Positions 60,883 through 64,000 of a stretch of 64,000 nt of DNA are shown here, in pieces. The notes below the pieces were generated by a model that saw only the letters and a list, made by a program, of their open reading frames with translations, did no database searches and was not told the DNA's origin. The DNA comes from Candidatus Omnitrophota bacterium (lineage in GTDB: Bacteria > Omnitrophota > Gorgyraeia > Pluralincolimonadales > Pluralincolimonadaceae). The position numbers and the translations under genes are program-made. The DNA lies in the NCBI GenBank assembly GCA_041651455.1, contig JBAZJG010000001.1, forward strand, positions 13,173 through 77,172, in the 5' to 3' direction. Within the stretch, counting starts at the first letter, position 1; each line of letters opens with the position of its first letter.

Positions 60883-61640
60883 AGCAATGGTATGAATTAT
60901 TTTTTGAGAATTACGCCTGTAAATATGATCAGGAAAGTTATGTTCAAGGGACGGCCGGAGAATGTGATTCTATTGAACGGGAGATAAATCACGATAAGTC
61001 GGTAAAGATTTTGGATATCGGCTGTGGCACCGGCCGCCATGCTATTGAGTTGGCAAAAAGAGGGTATCAAGTAACGGGAATCGATCTCTCCGAGTCACAG
61101 CTTAAGAGGGCAAGAGAAAAAGCAAAAGAGCAAGGAGTGAAGATTGACTTCCGGAAGCATGATGCAAGAAACCTTCCCTTCGAAGGCGATTTCGGCCTGG
61201 TAATCATGCTCTGTGAGGGCGGTTTTTCCTTGATGGAAACGGATGAAATGAATTTCGAAATACTTAAGAATGCGACAAAGGCATTGAAAATAAACGGGAA
61301 GTTTATATTCACTACATTGAACGGATTGTTTCCGCTGTTCCATTCGGCAAAGGAAGTTTATGCATCGGCGGGTAAAGACGGGAATTCTATTTGTAAAAGC
61401 ATATCCTTTGATCTGATGACCTTCCGCGATCATAATCAGGTTGAATTTGAAGATGACGCAGGAAATAAAAAGGTACTGGAATGCAATGAGCGCTGTTATG
61501 TTCCCAGCGAGATCACGTGGCTTTTGAAAACGCTCGAATATAAAAAAATCGAGATTTTCGGCGCGAAGCTCGGGGCATATTCAAGGAATGATAAACTGAC
61601 CACAGAAGATTTTGAGATGCTTGTTATCGCGGAAAGATGA
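60879..61640 (+). CDS. Class I SAM-dependent methyltransferase (small-molecule/TehB-UbiE type)
   Basis: ILDIGCGTGRHAIELAKRGYQVTGIDLS is motif I, followed by the acidic loop and motifs II/III. Its GC content is clearly lower than the upstream permease gene. Confidence 0.8.
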   Translation: MKQWYELFFENYACKYDQESYVQGTAGECDSIEREINHDKSVKILDIGCGTGRHAIELAKRGYQVTGIDLSESQLKRAREKAKEQGVKIDFRKHDARNLPFEGDFGLVIMLCEGGFSLMETDEMNFEILKNATKALKINGKFIFTTLNGLFPLFHSAKEVYASAGKDGNSICKSISFDLMTFRDHNQVEFEDDAGNKKVLECNERCYVPSEITWLLKTLEYKKIEIFGAKLGAYSRNDKLTTEDFEMLVIAER

Positions 61641-61827
61641 AAAAAGAAGACAAATATATTTTTATACGCACCTTCGGCTGACCGATGGTGCCAGTGGCGA
61701 GGGATGATTTTAGGGATATTAAAGATGTTAAGTGATTGTGATAAAACTGGTTAAAATAAAAAGATGGACCTGAACTCAGATTTTTGATGGGGAGAACTAA
61801 TTGGTAATAAGTAAGCTAAAGATACGC

Positions 61828-62712
61828 ATGGGACCAGCAGGAATACTGTTTTTCAATAGAAGAACTGGTATAAATATTTTGGTAGATGAATTCACGCCTC
61901 CACCTAAATTATGGTCAGCTGCTCCACGACAAGTATCTATTGCTTTGACTAATGCTTGTGATTTGGTATGTCCTTACTGCTATGCATCGAAAAATTCAGT
62001 AATGTTAGACTTTGAAAGTTTAAAACACTGGCTTATTGAATTAGATTTGAACGGTTGTGTTGGAGTTGGTTTTGGAGGTGGGGAGCCTACCCTATATCCA
62101 TATTTGGTAGAAATTTGTTCTTTTGCAGCTAACGAGACAAGGCTGGCTGTTACCATGACAACCCATGCTCATCGCCTCAATAAGCAATTTTTAGATGACC
62201 TTGCTGGAAATTTAAATTTTGTGCGAATTAGTATGGATGGAGTGGGAAGTACGTATGAATCAACTCGGAATCGATCCTTTGACGAGTTAATTAAGCATAT
62301 CGTAGATATTGGGAAAATTTTTCGGTTTGGAATTAATTATGTAGTTAATTCTAAGACTTTCTGTGACCTCGAATCTGCGATATGTGTAGCTGATGATCTT
62401 GGTGCATCCGAATTTTTGCTTTTGCCGGAGATCTCAGTAAATGACGTTAGCGGCATAAGTAGCGAGACATTGGATGCCTTGCGAATTTGGGTGAGTAGAT
62501 ACCAAGGAAATGTCCCTCTTTCAATTAGTGAGAGTCACAAGGAAGGATTTCCTTTTTGTGACCCGTTTAAGACTGAAAAGGAACTTTCTGCTTTTGCACA
62601 TATAGATGCATCAGGTACCCTCAAACGAACATCATTTGATTTAAATGGTATTCAGATTCAAGAAGATGGGATAATGGCAGCATTAAAAATAATGAATTCG
62701 GAGGTGGCATAA
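61828..62712 (+). CDS. Compact radical SAM enzyme (no SPASM domain) of unknown function
   Basis: The ATG at 61828 gives MGPAGILFFNRRTGINILVDEF... The radical SAM motif is ALTNACDLVCPYCY (CxxxCxxC), and GFGGGEPTLY is the SAM-binding GGE motif. The gene is very AT-rich. The ORF track extends it to a TTG at 61801. Confidence 0.8.
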   Translation: MGPAGILFFNRRTGINILVDEFTPPPKLWSAAPRQVSIALTNACDLVCPYCYASKNSVMLDFESLKHWLIELDLNGCVGVGFGGGEPTLYPYLVEICSFAANETRLAVTMTTHAHRLNKQFLDDLAGNLNFVRISMDGVGSTYESTRNRSFDELIKHIVDIGKIFRFGINYVVNSKTFCDLESAICVADDLGASEFLLLPEISVNDVSGISSETLDALRIWVSRYQGNVPLSISESHKEGFPFCDPFKTEKELSAFAHIDASGTLKRTSFDLNGIQIQEDGIMAALKIMNSEVA

Positions 62713-63107
62713 TGAAAATATGGAGAGAATTTGGCACTGAACATTCATGGAATTTAGTTATGATTGGGACTTTTAAAAATTCGGATGATGCAAAAAAAAC
62801 AAAAGAGTTAATAGAGCAGCTAACAGAAAAACTGCACGATAAAGTTAATGTCGGAAAATCTTCAGATCGCTACCCCGAGGAAGTTAGTAATGTTCTACGG
62901 GAAGCGGATTGCTTCATACTCAGTCCTTTTGAACTTGAGCATTTCCTGTATGATATTAGCACTCACGTAGAAGGAGATAAAATCATTTTGAAGACTGATG
63001 AATCAGAAATTTCAGCTTTCTTTAAATTAATGGTGCACAATGGAGCGAGGGTAGAGATTTACTCAGCACATGACTATCCAGATGAAAAATATGGGCGGGG
63101 GAAATAG
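62712..63107 (+). CDS. Hypothetical 131-aa protein, translationally coupled to the radical SAM gene
   Basis: Its ATG overlaps the upstream TAA by 1 nt. No motif was recognised. The gene is AT-rich. Confidence 0.5.
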   Translation: MKIWREFGTEHSWNLVMIGTFKNSDDAKKTKELIEQLTEKLHDKVNVGKSSDRYPEEVSNVLREADCFILSPFELEHFLYDISTHVEGDKIILKTDESEISAFFKLMVHNGARVEIYSAHDYPDEKYGRGK

Positions 63108-63109
63108 AT

Positions 63110-64000
63110 ATGCCTATGCTTAATTGGGAAAAGTTCTATTCATTGCCGGGAAGCCCCAATCAAAACCTTGAGACTCTCTGTCGTGCTTTGGTTCGTCTAC
63201 ATTTTGAACAATATGGACAATTTGCAGCTTTAAGAAATCAGCCTGGAGTTGAATTCCATCTCAAATTAACGAGTAGCTGTACGTTAGGCGATCCGCCGCG
63301 TTGGTATGGCTGGCAGTGTAAATTGTATAAACAGATTAAATCGGGCGATCTAACAAGTGCAAGTCGGAAGGACATTGAAGATTCCTTAAAAAAGACCGAG
63401 AAACACTTACCAAATATTACGGATTGGGTGCTTTGGACTCCATATACTCTGAGTAAAAAAGACCAAGAATGGTTAAAGACACTCCATACCGCGCTAACAC
63501 TTCATCAGTGGACGAATGAAGATCTTGATACTTACCTCAATGGACCAGGACTTTTTTTAAGGAACACCTATTTTGGTGACTTAGTTGTAACACCAGAAGA
63601 GTTGAGATTGAGACATGAGGAAGCAGTTCAATCGATTCGGAAAAGATGGTTAGACAAGGTCCATCAATCGGTTGATGCTGAACGTATCGTTAGACGGATG
63701 CTTGGAGAGCCAGGTTCTTGGGATCAGTTGACAGATGTGGGACAGCGTTTGAAATCAGCAGCAGATAACATCTTCGCTTGTGTAAGTGAAACACATACTT
63801 ACTTAAAGACGGCAACTGATCCATTAGTTTCAGTGTGTTCTACCTTTGCTGATACGCTCTTACACTTCCATGAAATTTTGTTAGCTGGAGATTTAGATAT
63901 CATTCGACAAAAGCTTAGTGAACAAAAGACACTAGTAAACAAGCATGTTAGAGATGTCCCAAGACTCCTAAGGAAATCTAATTTACCTATTGCTATTGAT
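63110..64000 (+). CDS. N-terminal about 297 aa of a large protein with a PD-(D/E)xK-like nuclease motif. The gene runs off the 3' end of the window.
   Basis: The ATG at 63110 is 2 nt after the upstream stop. The ORF stays open to position 64000. The segment LTSSCTLGD-x6-WQCKLYK fits a hydrophobic-D...(E/Q)xK pattern. No Walker A motif appears yet. Confidence 0.6.
   Translation, partial: MPMLNWEKFYSLPGSPNQNLETLCRALVRLHFEQYGQFAALRNQPGVEFHLKLTSSCTLGDPPRWYGWQCKLYKQIKSGDLTSASRKDIEDSLKKTEKHLPNITDWVLWTPYTLSKKDQEWLKTLHTALTLHQWTNEDLDTYLNGPGLFLRNTYFGDLVVTPEELRLRHEEAVQSIRKRWLDKVHQSVDAERIVRRMLGEPGSWDQLTDVGQRLKSAADNIFACVSETHTYLKTATDPLVSVCSTFADTLLHFHEILLAGDLDIIRQKLSEQKTLVNKHVRDVPRLLRKSNLPIAID

Noticed and set aside
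61641-61827. A 160-nt AT-rich gap before the radical SAM gene, with a GC-rich patch (CGCACCTTCGGCTGACCGATGGTGCCAGTGGCGAGGG). It was considered as a possible ncRNA, att site or tRNA fragment.
   Set aside because: No cloverleaf, stable extended hairpin or repeat of a tRNA 3' end could be found by eye. It probably just holds the promoter (TTGTGA...TAAAAT-like elements) for the downstream trio.

Overview
This 64 kb window is mostly from a medium-to-high GC, compact bacterial genome. Genes run almost all on the + strand, and many overlap by 4 nt in the pattern ATGA. LptF/LptG permeases and a PEP-CTERM/exosortase system point to a diderm. A rubredoxin / flavodiiron protein / NROR cluster points to an anaerobe. 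The window is a compositional mosaic with four main parts.

1. **Exopolysaccharide locus (1-8.3 kb).** A CysE-like acyltransferase tail is followed by GT2, GT9 and GT2 transferases, a clan GH-A hydrolase, a WbaP-like priming transferase, a Wzx flippase, and a Wzz-like protein fused to a degenerate tyrosine-kinase domain.

2. **AT-rich glycan module (about 8.7-19 kb).** This module looks foreign by composition. It contains three GT4 transferases, a Wzy-like polymerase, a second flippase-like protein, a secreted beta-helix protein, a radical SAM/SPASM enzyme and a fourth GT4. It runs straight into seven tandem PEP-CTERM proteins (19.0-23.8 kb), which have their own sigma70-like promoters and one clear rho-independent terminator. 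Convergent EpsI and exosortase genes follow at 23.8-25.3 kb.

3. **Small-protein operon, tRNA cluster and housekeeping block (25.3-60.9 kb).** A three-gene small-protein operon and a cluster of three tRNAs (Lys-CTT, Leu-TAG, Gly-GCC) are followed by a high-GC housekeeping region. That region holds:
   - ptsN, a membrane-anchored YvcK, a GH57 enzyme, ptsH, ptsI, a PGI/PMI isomerase and a sugar nucleotidyltransferase;
   - metK, ahcY and fba;
   - convergent lptG/lptF and a ComF-like gene, then a HAMP-domain protein and a secreted six-hairpin glycosidase-like protein;
   - the oxygen-detoxification cluster (ferredoxin, rubrerythrin-like, flavodiiron protein, rubredoxin, NROR);
   - a ZIP transporter, uppP, a DUF1846 protein, and a PurF-like protein with Ser in place of the N-terminal Cys;
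   - a PP2C phosphatase, rRNA methyltransferases, a GIY-YIG protein, an MbfA-like Er-VIT1 transporter and an APC permease.

4. **AT-rich cassette at the 3' end (60.9-64.0 kb).** The last 3 kb are again strongly AT-rich. They carry a small-molecule-type SAM methyltransferase, a compact radical SAM enzyme with no SPASM domain, a 131-aa protein, and the N-terminus of a large protein with a PD-(D/E)xK-like motif that runs off the window. I flag this as the best candidate for an undescribed (possibly defence or modification) system.

No CRISPR array, rRNA, transposase or integrase was seen. All coordinates were counted by hand and may be off by 1-2 nt.
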